Assembly (NCBI GenBank): GCA_964187785.1
Contig: OZ076409.1
Location: 97,342,001 to 97,406,000 of the forward strand
Length of the DNA stretch: 64,000 nt
DNA from: Amphiscolops sp. MND2022
Lineage: Eukaryota
Direction of reading: 5' to 3'
This document shows positions 1-13,990 of the stretch, piece by piece. The translations under genes were made by a program, and so were the position numbers. The first letter of the stretch is position 1. Each line of letters begins with the position of its first letter. The notes beneath the pieces are model-generated. The model searched no databases. It had not been told where the DNA came from and worked only from the letters and a program-made list of their open reading frames with translations.

Positions 1-511
1 ACTTCTTTTTTTTTTAAGACCAACGAACTGACAGATTTTATAAAGAGTTATAAATAGCTGAGCTGACTATCACTATAATAGCTAATAGCTAAACGCTAGC
101 TATCACTGCTGGCACTTGGCATAGAGGTTAATTAAGCTTTTTGAGGTCTGCCAAGAAGGACGTGGGTTCGAGTCCCGTCCTTGATCAAATTTTTTTGTGC
201 AGGTTTTTTCGGCTTTGTGAGACTTTTTTCGCAAATTTTTTAAATGTCTCCAAAGGGTCCACCCTTCATTTTTTTCTATTTTGCATAAGAATGGATGTTC
301 AAAACCTCCCAAAGGGCCCCTTTTACAATTTTTCGGCACTATGCGACTTACCGGAGACCAAAAAATTTCGAAAAAAAATTCAAAAAAATTCGGATTTTTT
401 AAAATTTTTCCTCACGCGGGTACTGTAGAAGAGAATTCTTGACACTTTGAAGTCCTTTTGCTATTTTTGAGCCTTAGATATGGCGCCGACTTGGGCCGTT
501 CCCGGCTTGTT
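1..511 (+). mobile_element. Partial HINE/DINE-1-like (non-autonomous Helentron-type) dispersed repeat
   Basis: Ends in GGCGCCGAC-TTGGGCCGTTCCCGG-CTTGTT, the same terminus as the copies at 11061-11585, ~26250-26570 and 60148-60633. 5' boundary not resolved. Confidence 0.5.
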
Positions 512-704
512 TCAGCACTGTGAGACTGTTCAATTTTCTCATCTTTTTCCGAAATTTTTTTATTGCTCCCTCCATCTGTTCAAAAAGTCCCGAAGAGTCC
601 CCCTTTTACATTTTTCGGCACTATGCGACTTACCTGAGACTTCAAAAAAAATTTCGAAAAAAAAATTACGGGCGCGCGAAATCTAGGGCATCCGTTTTTT
701 AAAA

Positions 705-1231
705 CCCTAATTGGACCTCTGGTACGAATTCGTACCAGTTAGTTTCTGCAAACTTCTAAGCGCACCAGCTGACGGTATGCTAAAGAAAACTCTTGAATAA
801 GATTTTCAGACAATTTTACACAGCATTGCACGCATTGTCACGGAATATTTACATGATGTCTCCGGAGTTAAGAAAACCGGACCATAAAATCGAAAAAAAG
901 TGCAAATTTTCGGTTTTTCCAGTTTTCGCTTGTGGCCAGTTTATCCGATTGGTATCAAGATTGGGTCAAAGTGTACCTAGCATGTTTTCAAACTTGCTGA
1001 AATGCAGTCAGAGACACGAGGCATGCAAAGTTTTGGCGCAAAGTCCGGAGCCAGTGTGGCTAACAGGCCACCGGTTCAGCAGTTCAAGAATCAAATTGAA
1101 AGCCCTGATTGTATCCTTTCGAACGCGCTTTGAAGTGTTTGTCGGACTTGCGTAGTTTAGGAGATTTTGCGGTTTAAAGTTCAAACATCAGATTTTTGGA
1201 TGGGTCCGGAAATTGGCTGGTCCACTTAGGG
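705..1231. mobile_element. piggyBac-like MITE
   Basis: TIR CCCTAATTGGACC / GGTCCACTTAGGG; TTAA immediately right (1232-1235), left flank degenerate (TTAAAA). Body is similar to 62800-63270. Confidence 0.6.
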
Positions 1232-1420
1232 TTAAAAAAACGGCGGCGAGGAAACAGCGATGGTCAATGTTGTACAATTTTATACATTCTTGAATAGTTT
1301 TAAACAATTAACAGCTATGATGCTCAACTCTGGTAGCTTATAGAAATTAAACAAAACTATTAGAAAGATTTCTTTTTTTTGCTATCGGAACGAAGGTTTT
1401 ACAGATGCCATTGAAATTAC

Positions 1421-1766
1421 GGACGATCGTCTGTAATTCATTGAACCGAGATAAGTGATATTTTCATCCTTTCCGGACATTTCGAGAAGTTTCTGAAAAA
1501 AAAATGCAAAAATTCACCCCTGGAACACGCTAAAACTGTATAGGAAAGCCCCTATTTCAACTCATAATTTCTCCGCCATAAATTAAAATGAACAACTTTC
1601 AACTGTGAACCAACGTAAAAGAGGATTATGTCGGCATCGACTATTTTATTGGACAGAAATTTCAGCGCAAACGATGTCGAAATAATGGTATTTTAAACTC
1701 GTTTCTTACACCGCCCAAAACCAACCCCCCCCCCGCCCCGCAATCACTCGATAAGAAACATGGTCC
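1421..1766. repeat. Degenerate copy of the MITE family at 59393-59664
   Basis: Shares CCCCTA...GGATTATGTCG...ATAATGGTATTT body and ACATGGTCC end with 59393-59664. Confidence 0.5.
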
Positions 1767-4700
1767 CAGGTCTTTTCTAAATTGATTCGGAAATTTTTTT
1801 CACACTCTCTTCCGTTCATTTTTTTAAAAAGTTGTCGTGAGAAATAAAAGCAAAAAGCTAATCCAACACTGAGTTTTTTCACTCTCTCTAGATTTGAACA
1901 CTTGCGTTTTTTCCGGACTAAAAGTTGACTGAGTCATTTGATTACTCACACTGAAAAAAATCAAATTTGTTTTCGGGTGCCAAAACTTCGCAGACGCAAT
2001 TGAAGGCTTCCTTCTTGAAAAAAAAATGTTGGTTTTATTATTAGTTTTGCTTCAGGGTAGTTTTGGCAACCTTCGAAAAAATCCGTTAAGTAGTGTGAAT
2101 TATGTAAAATAGACAGAGACGAAAAACGTTTTAAATCGTACGATTGTGGCTGAAAGCTATAAACTAGGCGTCTGCAGTGCTGACCAAAATAGTAAACGGA
2201 AAGTAATTGCTTGAATTCAAAATTACTGAATTATTGAAATTGGGCATATTTACTGAAGTGACCATTTTAAAGAAACAATCACAAACAATGAAGGAAGCTA
2301 GTAGCCAACTCATTTGCTAAAAAGGTTTGAAGAGGAAATCCTAGCAAAAGAGATTACTGCTTGAAGCAAAGTGGAAAATTACTGACGGACTAAGCATTCC
2401 TGTTGCAATCACTGGGGAAAGGTTTCAAGGTCGAAAAACGAACAAAAATGCCAGAGCACTGGAATTGAGAGATGGAAAAATATTAAAGGTCTAAATCGAA
2501 CCTTCGACAAAGATGATTGGCAAATATCTGGACCCAGAAGAAGAAAACGCACATTATTGGACAAAAAATTGCAAGGTTACACCTGTCATTAAAATGACAA
2601 TTCAGTGGAAAGTCAATAAAAAATCTTTTAGGCTAGTAGGAAAATGCACAAATGTTCCTGAGTGAAAAAAAATGATGGTTCAGAGAAACAAGTTGAAAAG
2701 CTGGGGTTAATGTTTACAATGGAGAGAAATTGAACCATTTAGTTTATGGTTGTAGGTTGTACAGCCGAACGGTAATAATGCGGAATGGATTCATAGCAGA
2801 ACCGAATCAAATTCCTAATTGTGATTGGTCGCTCCGTTCGTGAGTGAGCTTTGAATGATGAAACTATGATGTAACTTTGCAACCTGTCAGAGTAATTTCA
2901 AGTCAGGGCAGCGGTTTGCTTAATTCATTGCTCAATCAGATTTGAGACCAGCTTCATAATTGTTCTTCGTAAAACTGGTTCGGTTATTCGAAATCTACTT
3001 TAGTGCTGGTAGCTTGCATACGAACGGTAGTATGCAGAAAAACTTACAGCAGAAACGAATCAAATTATTAATTCTGATTCGTTCGGTTACCCAAATGGGT
3101 ATCTTAGTTTATATTGATACCAGCATAAAATCATTCGCGAACATGCCCAAAAATCACGCACTTATTTACGCTATTTTGAAAGACAAATCACGCTAAAAAC
3201 TCGGATAAAGTTTAGAGTATAGGTTCGATTCAATTCAGTTTTCAACAGTCTACGTTCAAAAACAAGCAGTTGTTTGATAGTGTCTGGATTCAAACTTTGG
3301 TCGTCTGAGACGCGAAAATTTGAAAAACAACTGAAACTTATTTCCACAACTGCTGAGGATGATTAAAGGAACAAAAATCTTGTCTTTTCAAAAACTTTTC
3401 AAAAAATGAAAGTTGAGTCATTATACTTTTGACTTTCCAGAGGTTTCGCAACTGTTCGATTTGCGGTGAATGACCAGAAGACTGATCGAATTAATTTCAA
3501 CCTTGTACTTAGTACCTTTTAGAATTCAGTAACACTCAAAGATGGTTTTTGTCCAACGCGAGACGTTTGTTTGGACTAAAATACTCAAATTACCCTGAAA
3601 GCGTCTTTTGCACTGATCGCAGTTGACATGTGTTGACAAAGTTTTGTCGAAGTACAAACTTAAAACTCGGTAGGAAAGTTTTTAGTTATTTTCGCAAACT
3701 GCTGTGTAACACGTCTGCTGTAAACAACATCTGTGTGTGTCATTTTCGTCTCTTGGATATATGTCACAGTTTCGTTGTGGCGTCTTCAGATCCTAGTAGT
3801 GTATGGTCTGAGATTTTTAAGGAAAATTTGCAAAAATCTTCATTGCCGGCGATTTTCGCTCTGTCTTTCACCGATAATTGTGATGAACGAAGCTGTTTTC
3901 GTTTTTTCAGTAACTTTCTAGAAATAGAAGTCGTTGTAATTTGATCCATTTTCACCTGAAATTAACAATCCTAATATAGTATGCACCTTATGATAACAAC
4001 ATAACAATGGTGAAAAAAGTGTATGTGATTCAGACTAGAAGGCTTTCAACTTCACGTAATATTATTTTTCGATTTATTAAATTGTTTTAGAAATGTTACT
4101 TCGGAACAATCATGTGCCGCCATCACTTAGTTTCCTTTTCATCGATGGTCCAAGTTTCGGAATGACATTGTCCTAGCAATCATTTTACACAAATTGCCAG
4201 TTCCGATGTAAAATCAGGCCATGTCACGGAGCAACCTAATTGGCTAGAAAATCACACAAATTTACGCTCGTGGTTTTATGCTGGTCCTGGTTTATACGCA
4301 TAGGCAAAAACCGAAGTACCAAAATGGAGCTCCACAAAGGTCAAAGAAGTATTGTTAAAGGACAAAAAGCCCCTCCTCAATCATTAGAAAACAACATTTC
4401 TTAGCCAACTACAGTTGTTATATTATTAAAAGCAATAAAACACGCGGAAAGAGAGCAAATAAACAATTTTGATTGGCTAATTGATGTCTCACGCGCTCAT
4501 TTCAACAGTCGGCAGCTATTTCTAAAACTGCTTCTTGTTTTTTGATTTTTTGACCAACTTACAATTTTTTGATCTCGAAATAATTATGCAGAAAAAATTT
4601 CTCGATTTTTTTTTCGAAAACATTGTATTATATGGTATCAGTATGGGCTTGTTTCCAGTTGTTAACTTTCAAAATCGTATCTTGATAAATGCGTTTTCAA

Positions 4701-5296
4701 AAAAGCCTAGTTTTAGAGCTGATTGTTTCTACGATTTCACAATTGTCTCTAAATCAAAACACATTAAGGTCTCCGCTCCACGCATTGAACTGACGATCGA
4801 CAACGTTTCTCAAAAACTCTTGGCGAAAGTAGACCAAAAGTGAGAAAAACCACAATTTTGACCTAAGATTTGCTGAAAAAGGCCTATAGTAACTTTTACA
4901 GTTTTCATCTCATAATTTTTAACCAAAAATATTCGTAAAATAGATAGAAATGTAAGAAATTTTCACTTTATTCATTTTTAAATATTCATCATGTTTTTAA
5001 ACATTTATCATGTTTTTGAGATATTCAATTTTGAGATTTGCACTCTGTTGCTTTCAATATTATCTCTAAATTACATCGAAGGGCTATATAAAAATTTCGA
5101 ATCGTATGTTATAACTGATTAACAATTCAAAATAAAACTACCAAAGCAACTAAGAAGCCTTGAGAGGCAAAAAATCTATCTTACAAGATTTAAGTCCTCG
5201 TAAAATACTTGCAAGACCCTAAAAGAACGATCAATGTTCGATTAACAAACAAAAATCGTAACAAATAGGGGTACTAAATTTTAATCACACTTCCAT

Positions 5297-6104
5297 GATT
5301 ACAGGACACTTGCTACTAGGACATTTGCTACTAGGCAACTTGCTACTAGGACATTTGCTACTACAGTTCAATTGCTACTAGGGGACAATTGCTACGACTC
5401 AATTTGACTAAGTGTGGTCCCTAGAAAAGGTTAGCATATTTGTTTTATGTGCTCAAAATCAGATATTAGTAACGTTATTAATTTTTGTCCCAGAAGAATT
5501 TGAAAAACACTAGTATAATCTAGATGAAATTCTAAGAAACTTTTACTTCTGATATTTTTCAAAATTCTCAACAGATTTTGAGAAAATTGAGCCTGAAATG
5601 GCCCTGGGGGACGTTTTCTTAGTTAAAGTACTGTATTCCCGAAAAAAATCAATATCGAACTTCTGACAAGATGAGCATTGGACTATGCTGAATTTTGCTC
5701 ATTAATCAAAAACGGGGCTTATTCATACGGCAGAAAATGAAAACTCGGTCCCATGCAGCAGAAAATTCAGCCACTCAAATTATTTGCTTTTAGTGCTGTT
5801 ACAGCCAATATGTATGGAACTGGATTTATTTGAAGAGGTAAACATATTGGTTGTATGGCTCGGTCGCTTCGCTCCCTTTTCAACGTAGCAACATTTAGGC
5901 ATGGCCATATGGCACGTCGCTCCGCTTCGCTTCGCTCCGCTTCGCTCCTGCATTTAGGACACTAGGTGTATGTGAATATAGCTGACTACGCACTAAAAGT
6001 TATAATTAGTAGCAAATTACCTAGTAGCATTTTCCCCTATTAGCAAATTGCCTAGTAGCAAAAGTCCTAGTAGCAAATTTCTTAGTAGGAAGTGTCCTGA
6101 CACC
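5297..6104. mobile_element. Mutator-like MITE with subterminal TGCTACTAGG arrays
   Basis: Termini GATTACAGGACACTT / AAGTGTCCTGACACC, inverted arrays of ~15-bp units, and CTTCCAT duplicated on both flanks. Contains a partial copy of the Tc1-like MITE (~5450-5634) and the GCGAAGC-rich core. Confidence 0.7.
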
Positions 6105-6782
6105 CTTCCATACACAATGATTATTTATTAGCCAAAATTGAATCAAATTAAAAGCTCCGGGGTACAAACTACGTAGAGTCACAGAGTTTCTCGAAACAAG
6201 AATTGAGTTAACCTAGGCAGTTTGTCAATATGTATCCGTGAAGATCTGTCACAAAGTTTTGTTAACATGCATTTTTTTAATTTTTTTTGTCCCTTGGGCT
6301 AGAAAACAACAACTTAGAATTGAAAGTTTCATTTTCCTTACAACAACACTGATCGCATCATTTATAAGGTGTGAACGATCTCCATTTTTTCAACTACACG
6401 CAAACCAAGATTCAGTGCAATTGCCTGAATTATATTTCGAACTAGTTTTTAACAAGTTGAACTCTCTCATTGATTTCATTCTTAATGGATGCTATACATT
6501 CTGCGCATAAAGGTCACTATTCAGTTTACTATCATAACTATGATGGTTTTTTATGTTAGTTGGAAATCATTTTTTGACTGGATTAAGTTTTCTCAATCCA
6601 AAAAAAAACAGTCTCAACGTTTTGAGAATGTGCCAGGAAAAGTTTTGGTATTGAAAAGAGATTTAAAACGACAACCAAAACAAAATATTACAACAGCTAA
6701 AATAGGCCTTTTTTAGGAAAATATAGAAAGGAAAACATGATTTTATTATCTGTTTCTCTCAAACTCACAAATTTTTCATTAC

Positions 6783-6990
6783 CTTCTTTGAGAGCATCCG
6801 GGTCGATTTCGGCTCCATAAATTTCCCACGTGAAGCCAGAGCTGTCTTTGGTCACATCCGGCACCGTACTTTGTCTGGAAATGGTCCGGGGCTGAGAAGA
6901 TACGGGGTTTAAGGTGTATGATTGCGACATTTTTGGGTGTTCCTGGCTACTTGATGGTCCGGCACTCGTGCTAGGAGCCAGAACGGACAT
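6783..6990 (-). CDS. Candidate host coding exon with a GPRIN/GRIN C-terminal-like motif
   Basis: Translation VPDVTKDSSGFTWEIYGAEIDPDALKE resembles the GRIN_C consensus (V.DV.WD..G.TWEVYGA..DPE.L). Followed by a G|GTAATG donor at 6782. Downstream exon not identified. Confidence 0.45.
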
Positions 6991-9900
6991 TTTGGATAAT
7001 TCCGTAAACTATATATCCGGGAGGGAATTTGTTTTCTTTTTTGGTTGCTGAGTTTCCAAATAACTAGCTTTAGTTCCAGCACCTTTAATTGCAACTGAAA
7101 TCAAAGGATAATGGTAACACGAATATATTGATGGTCATTTGCACGCGTTTAGATAATATTTTGCCGAATTTTTTTGTACTACTGGAGTCAATAAGCCTGT
7201 TTGGGAAACGAGGATTAAAAAATTGACGCCCCACTGATTTTATACAAAAGATCTATGCTCTGAGTATTGTGAAGCAGTACAAAGAAAAAGTATAACTGAG
7301 CAGTGCTAGTGTATTGTTTCTAGCCTGTCTTTTGTATTTACAAATAGCGTAAATTTTGAATTTACAAACAAGTAACCGCTGAATGTTTTTCAGTTGGAGA
7401 TGAAACTAAACACAACTAAGATGATATAATGATGTACCTCATAAAAGCTGGTAAACAGTAAAGGACTTTTCTGATACAAGGAAAAACGGACCGTTTTTTA
7501 TTTTACTTTTTTCTGGTTGCGAATGCGAGAGAGGGGTGTGAGAAAAAAGTGTGAGCGAAAGGAAGTATGTATAATGCAGGATAGGGAAACGTACTTTATA
7601 GTGTTACCTGAGGTACTGAAAGGACGCGCCGATACCTTCTATGATTTGTCGTCTGTCCTTTCAGTTAATCCAACACCCGAGGACAGAAAGAGCGACAGAA
7701 ATAAGTAAGAAACAGGGAGAAAGTAAAGGGAAAAAGGAAAAGAGGGAAAATAAAATGGCAGCAGTGGTGACGGTGGTTGCTCTTGCTTGATAGTTGCGCT
7801 TACCACTAGTTGTTGTCACTGGTAATGGAAAAAAGAGAGGACGTCGGAAGAGGAAAAGCTGGGAAAAGTATGAAAGTGGCTGCAGCGTATGGTAACATCG
7901 ATGTTGCAGTCATGTTGCATTCATGTTGCATTCATGTTTCTTGGCATAACATCTGTGCGCGACTACTGCAGCTACTGTGGAAGCAAAAAAGAGGAAAGAA
8001 TTGTAAACAGTAAAATTGTAGAATTGTTCATACACTATAAAACTCGATAATTTGCATCAGCTGATAAATTGTAGAAGATAGATCATGCCGTACTTTAACA
8101 GACGGCGTTGGAAGTATCCAAATAAATTATTTGTAAATTTTCCAATTTTCCTTTTCCACTCAATTTGTTACCGCGGCACAAGTGTCCGGCTCCTCTCAAG
8201 GCGAGTTGCGTATACATGAAAGGAGTGGTGGGGGGGGGTTGAAATACAAAGAAGGGGGGTAGTTTTGCGAAAGATGACGGATCATATACTATTCTGTAGA
8301 CAATGTAAGAGATAAGCTGGTTCCTAACTGGCGCTGTTTCTTGTATTATTTTGTATTATTTTGTATTATTCGAGCTGCGTAGACTCTGAAAACAAGTGTG
8401 ACTGATGTTCTGAGAAATGACAAGACACAATTTTCAATATTTTGTTTTTTTTCTTGGCTGTCAACAAATTGAATGGTTTACCAACAATATTCCCTTTTTC
8501 TTATTTCATGCATAATGGGATAAGATAAGGAGTATGACATATCTCTCTTGTCCTGTTTTCACAGTGGCAAAAATTGGTAGGGAATTACCACTAACATGAA
8601 TTTATACTCTTCCTTTCCTATTCTGTCATATAATTTTGTTTAATTCTAAACACGTCTTTTTCTTCCTTTCAATTCTCACAGGAAAATGCAAATTAATTTA
8701 TACTTTTCTTCCAGCAAAAGAATGTGATTTTAATCAAAAATCTTTCCTCAGATGAGGCCATAAGGTTTGCTTTTCTCTGAAATATTTATGGTTTTCGCAA
8801 AAAGTTGAAATGAGATTGCTGGAAAAGAATATCGCATTCAAAAAGCGGAAATTGAGAGAGAAAAAAATTACTTCACACCTTTTGGGCAGCAAACCGCTTT
8901 TCACTTTGATGTGAAAGCTGAATCGATTTTTTCATGATCTCTCAATTTCAAAGGTCGGGTATTTTTTCAGTTCTTTCGCGAATTGAAGCCGATTGCTTGA
9001 AGATTGAATCAGAACACTTCATTTTCCACTTCGTCATCTTAACCTGTATTTTTGACCTCTCGTATCCTTTTTTCAAGTTCTTTTTCAACATTTTACGCTG
9101 CCAATTTGCTGGGCTTTATTTTCCCGACAGCTAAGAACTGCTTTCAGAAAGGAAGATGATAACGCAGGTGTAATATCTTGCTGTTGCAACTTCAAAATAG
9201 TCAAGAGGTTATGAATTTTTAAACGAACAGTTTCCACCAAATCTCGCAGTATTTGAGTGATTGCAAAGCGTCTGCAGTTACTTTTCACAGCATCAGTGAT
9301 TTTTCATGAATTTTCTACAAAATTTGTCTGCATTCATCGATGCAACATGCAAAATTGTCCTGCAGTCCCGAAGTATGGAAAAGACAACCAAGTTAGATAA
9401 AGAAGTTACGGGAAGAGTCTAAAAAAGTGGATATAAAACTTTCCTTTTCAACATGGGAAATAACAAAAATTATGTCTCTTTCGATCCTATGAATGAACGA
9501 AAAAATACCACTACTTAATATCTGTATACTTAAAAAATCTCTGGTTGACCTTCGTACAAATTCATGTGGTTACTTGAAAGCCTTATTTGGTGATTTATGA
9601 AATCTGTTCAGCCAACCCGTTAAAATCATATAATGACCAAAGTATTATCTTGTTGAAATTTAATCTTTTTGCATACACTTTAAGGAATGATTTTCTGAAA
9701 CTCTTACGGAAACTTTAATGCGAAAACAAATCCCTGTTGTATTCGACTCTTATCATGCTGTTTGAAAGAAACAACATAAACTTGGCAGTAATTTTAAACC
9801 TTGAAGTTCTAATTTTAAATGCAACTAAGTTGCTATCATTTTTACCGCCGATTGAATCCAAATCTACTTCAGTCACGTAATAAACTGCGAATAATTGTCA

Positions 9901-10346
9901 TGGATAGCGTGCTATTTGAGAAGCGGTGATTTTATCAGATGATTAGTTGAGAAAACAAAGTGAGAATTCTACGTGATATTGTCCGAAATTAAAGTGGAAA
10001 ATATTTTCAATTTATTAGCAACGTGTAAACTACAGTGTAATTCTGCAAGATCTACCACCGAATGCTGACTGAATATCCTAGAGTTTTTAAAAAAGCATTC
10101 CTGCATGCAAGGCTGCAGCATGTAAAAAGTTCAAGTAGTCTCGACTAGTGTGGCCAATGTGTTCTTTTCTGTTAATCCCCCAACCAATTTAATTCCCCGC
10201 CTCAGTTAAGTAGTCCTCTGAAATTATCACTGAACTAATTTTAACAACCAACCGAATTGTAGTATTTTACGACTCTAACTGCAGCTGAGAGTCATCGCTA
10301 TAGTCTTTTGAATATACTCCGGGACAATCATTGAGGAAACGTGAAA

Positions 10347-10560
10347 CCCCTGGTTGGGGAAAAACACAAATCTTGCAGGATTTTGGCAGACATTCTTGCA
10401 AGATCTTGCAAGTGAATGCATTAACCTGGTAGATTTCTTGCAAGAATCTGCCAGGTTTATGTCATCTTGCAAGATTCTTACATTTCTGTCTTCTTGCAAG
10501 AATCTTGCAAGGTTCAAAAAGCTGCCAGCTCGTACACCTTGTGGAAAGACACCAGCCGGG
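10347..10560. mobile_element. Short MITE with internal TCTTGCAAGA repeats
   Basis: Ends CCCTGGTTGG / CCAGCCGGG; repeated palindromic CTTGCAAG units; architecture like 55372-55775. Confidence 0.5.
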
Positions 10561-11060
10561 TACTGCGAAAGTCGGGGCTATATCTAAGGCTCAAATAGCG
10601 CAACGTTTGTAAAATTGTAAAAGGGGGACCCTCCGTGCTTTTTGAAACTCCAGTTTGTTGCAAAATATGAAAAAAAGTTAAGAGTGGACCCTTTGGGGCG
10701 TTGGAAACATTTAAAAGTTTTCGAAAAAAAATATAAAAATGAGATTTTTTTGAACAGCGTCACTGTGCCGAAAAATGTAAAAGGGCACGCGAAATCAAAA
10801 ACGTGTAGGTGTGTTAAAAGTTCGAGAAACCTAAAAATGATGTTTCGGAAAGATCTCTCGACCAATTAAATGAGCCCGTGAGACCATAATTACCCAAAAT
10901 TACTTGTTTGTTTGCTCTCCGCGTGCTATTTTGCTGTTGCCTATTCGTTGGAGGTACTTTTCCTTAAATATGAGTGCGGTTCAATTCGAATCTTCCCGCT
11001 TTACTGAAATGCATAAATCATAACGCAGGTGACGTTGGTTTATATGTTTTACAGTACGTT

Positions 11061-11585
11061 TTTTAGTCGGCACTTCGTGAAGTGAAACGCGATTATTATA
11101 GTGACTCTTTTTTTTCTATCCATATGAACTGACCAAAATAGTTCTTAAAAGCTCTACAAAAAATTATTGCACCAAATTGCCCTATTTGGCCTAGCGAACT
11201 GAACCAAAAAGGTTTTTCCTGTTTTTCCGCGTAACATACCATACCGGGCGACACCAAAGGGTCCCCCCTTTCATTTTTTTCGGCACTGCGAGACTTTTTT
11301 TCGAAAACAAGTTTCCCCAAAGGGTCCCCCTGCATTTTTAGATGTTTTGCGACAGAATGGATGTTGAAAAATCCTAAAGGGTCCCCCCTTTCAGTTTGTT
11401 TCGGTATTGTGAGACTTTACTGCGCCACTCGGTCCATTTCTTTGAGTATGTAATTTTTTCGCAAATTTTTTTTCGAAAAATTTTTGATTTTCGAGTATTG
11501 TAAAATACAATACTTGACACTTGGAACTCTTTTTGCTATTTTTGAGCCTTGGATATGGCGCCGACTTGCGCCGGTCCCGGCTTGT
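11061..11585 (+). mobile_element. HINE/DINE-1-like repeat, near full length
   Basis: Starts TTTTAGTCGGC followed by a short hairpin (CACTTC..GAAGTG); ends GCGCCGACT...CCCGGCTTGT (subterminal inverted repeat AGTCGGC/GCCGACT). Confidence 0.55.
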
Positions 11586-13487
11586 CCTTATATTCATGGC
11601 GCCACCTAAACGATCAGGAGGCCCGCTTTGACCTCGAAGCTTCTCAGTGTCACTTAATTAACGTTCCTATTTTCCAGGTTACAGTGTTCTAGAATTTAAG
11701 ATCTCTGAGTAACATGGCTTGCGTACGGTTTGTTCACTCAAGGCGGATACCCCGGATGGTCGGAAATACAATTCCGTTCTCGTTAGGGATCGAAAATTAT
11801 CCATATTGGGATTCGTTAGAGACACTACAAACGAAAGTCAAATATCTCGTTTCCCCCGGGCTCGAGCGTCCGGTCACGCCTACAGTAAAACAACCAATTT
11901 TCCGCGAGTGTCGGATCGATTATTATAACTTTCATGTATTTCACTTAGGTTTTGCAGGTGAACATCTTCGGCAAGTTTTATGATCGTAGTGTCAACGGGT
12001 GGAGATTTACATAACATTCGGGGTTTGTTTACATAGGGTCTGTGCTTCCCCTACGCTTGTCTTAGGGCTCAGGAAACATACGCAAACGGCATATTTTATG
12101 GGCCGTTATTTTCATCTATTATATGACGTCTTTCGAGCTCTGCCGAAGCGCGCGTGGGGAGTCGACGTAGTGGATTTCCGGTGCTAATAACCCAGGGTCA
12201 GGGGGTCTTCACTCGGTTCCGACTTTATAAACGACTACCACAACAGCTCATGCGTACGTGTCAAACTTCAGGTCTGGAACTTTTCCTAAGTGAAAAGGTC
12301 CGTTTCTTGGATTTCCCATTGTTATCTATTTCTGTTCACATTGTCGTTCCATGTCGTGATCTTTTTCTTTTTTTTTTCCGGATCTAAAATGCAAAAAAAT
12401 AGTGCGTTTGCATCGAAAAGTAAAACTCAAAAACACATTTGACACCACCAAAAAAATTGCATTTGTCTCTATTCGAAAAATAAAAGACGCTTATCTGCTG
12501 TGACTGTTTTCCGGAAAAGATTGAGCAACCTTTAGAAATTACTGACATTTTTGGGCAGGAACGAAAAAATATGAAAGTAGGGTTTATTTGAATACTTTGT
12601 TGGGTGTGTAAGCTAGGAATTAAACCTAGTTAAAGCCACTGCGTCAATATAAGAAGAGCAAAAATCTCTCAGTAACTCCAGTAAAATGATACTCAAGTAA
12701 TGCGAAGCTCTTGGTTCAAAATATTCGTATAATGTGTAGCACAATCTTTCAATTGGGAGGAAATACTGTTTTGCCGTCTTTCTGAGTGACGAAAAAATGT
12801 CGCTTTCCATGCAATCAATTCTTCTTAAAGTAGCAAAAAAGTCAATTAATTCACCAATGGTTCTCTTCAGGGGTTACTTAAGAATTGAAAGGACAAAGGA
12901 GTTATTACTTACTGTAATCGATTTTTCTGTAAAACAACATGGTTCAATAGGAAATTATCAATTCATATCAAGGTCTTTCAGAAAAATGGCTCCAAGTTTT
13001 ATCCAAGTCACCAAGAATAAATACTCAATACAATTCAAAAACAGCTGATGGGGACCACGCTATATCCATTGATTGTTGGTCCAATGTTAATTTTTCATTT
13101 CCTTCATTTCTAATGAATTTTCTGTTAACTATATTCGAACAATATTGAACAAAAGGCAAATTTTGCGCGTTTTTGCCTAATAAGGAGACACACTCCATAG
13201 GCACAAAAACGCATTTAAAAAACCCACAAGAAGCTCGGAGCGTCAGCAATAGGGGAACGCAAAAGCCAATAAGGTCAATATTGTCAACATACGGTTAAGA
13301 ATTAAATAAAAAGTCAAAAAAGTCAAAAACAAAATCAATGAATTTCAAGACCCTTAAAACAATTTATAGAAAATCGATTTCGCCGTCAGCGTGTTTTGAA
13401 GATTACAAATTTCGCTCGACAAAAAATTTCACTTTAAGAGTCTGGGTTTTGCAGAATTGTTTTGTAATTTCATCCTTCGTGGACAAA

Positions 13488-13990
13488 TAAATTCAGTGGT
13501 TTTTTTGACAAATAAAAAAAACCATAATTCAGTGGACTTTTTGAAAAATAAAAAACAATAGTTCAGTGGACTTTTTGACAAATAAAAAAAATAATTCAGT
13601 GGACTTTTTCACAAATAAAAAACCATAATTCAGTGGACTTTTTGACAAATGAAAAAATAATTGGACTTTTTGACAAATAAAAAACCATAATTCAGTGGAC
13701 TTTTTGAAAAATAAAAAAACAATAGTTCAGTGGACTTTTTGACAAATAAAAAAATAATTCAGTGGACTTTTTCACAAATAAAAACCCATAATTCAGTGGA
13801 CTTTTTGACAAATAAAAAAACCATAATTCAGTGGACTTTTTGTTAAATAAAAAAACCATAATTCAGTGGACTTTTTGTTAAACAAAAAAACCATAATTCC
13901 GTAGACTTTTTGACAAATAAAAAAACATAATTCAGTGGACTTTTTGACAAATAAAAAAAACAATAATTCAGTGGACTTTTTGACAAATAG
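13488..13990. repeat. Minisatellite, ~33-36 bp unit, about 15 copies
   Basis: Tandem ATAATTCAGTGGACTTTTTGACAAATAAAAAAACC with A-run length variation and no unique spacers. Confidence 0.9.

Noticed and set aside
103..1155. Short ORFs in the ORF track (also 10275-12387, 26604-27265 and 60223-61338)
   Set aside because: They lie within non-coding MITE/HINE repeats and read as K/F-rich translations of A/T runs.
12600..13250. Fragmentary minus-strand ORFs suggesting a decayed gene
   Set aside because: Multiple stops and no motif I can assign.
13488..13990. CRISPR-like array
   Set aside because: Units are contiguous with no unique spacers, no cas genes are present, and the context is eukaryotic; it is a minisatellite.
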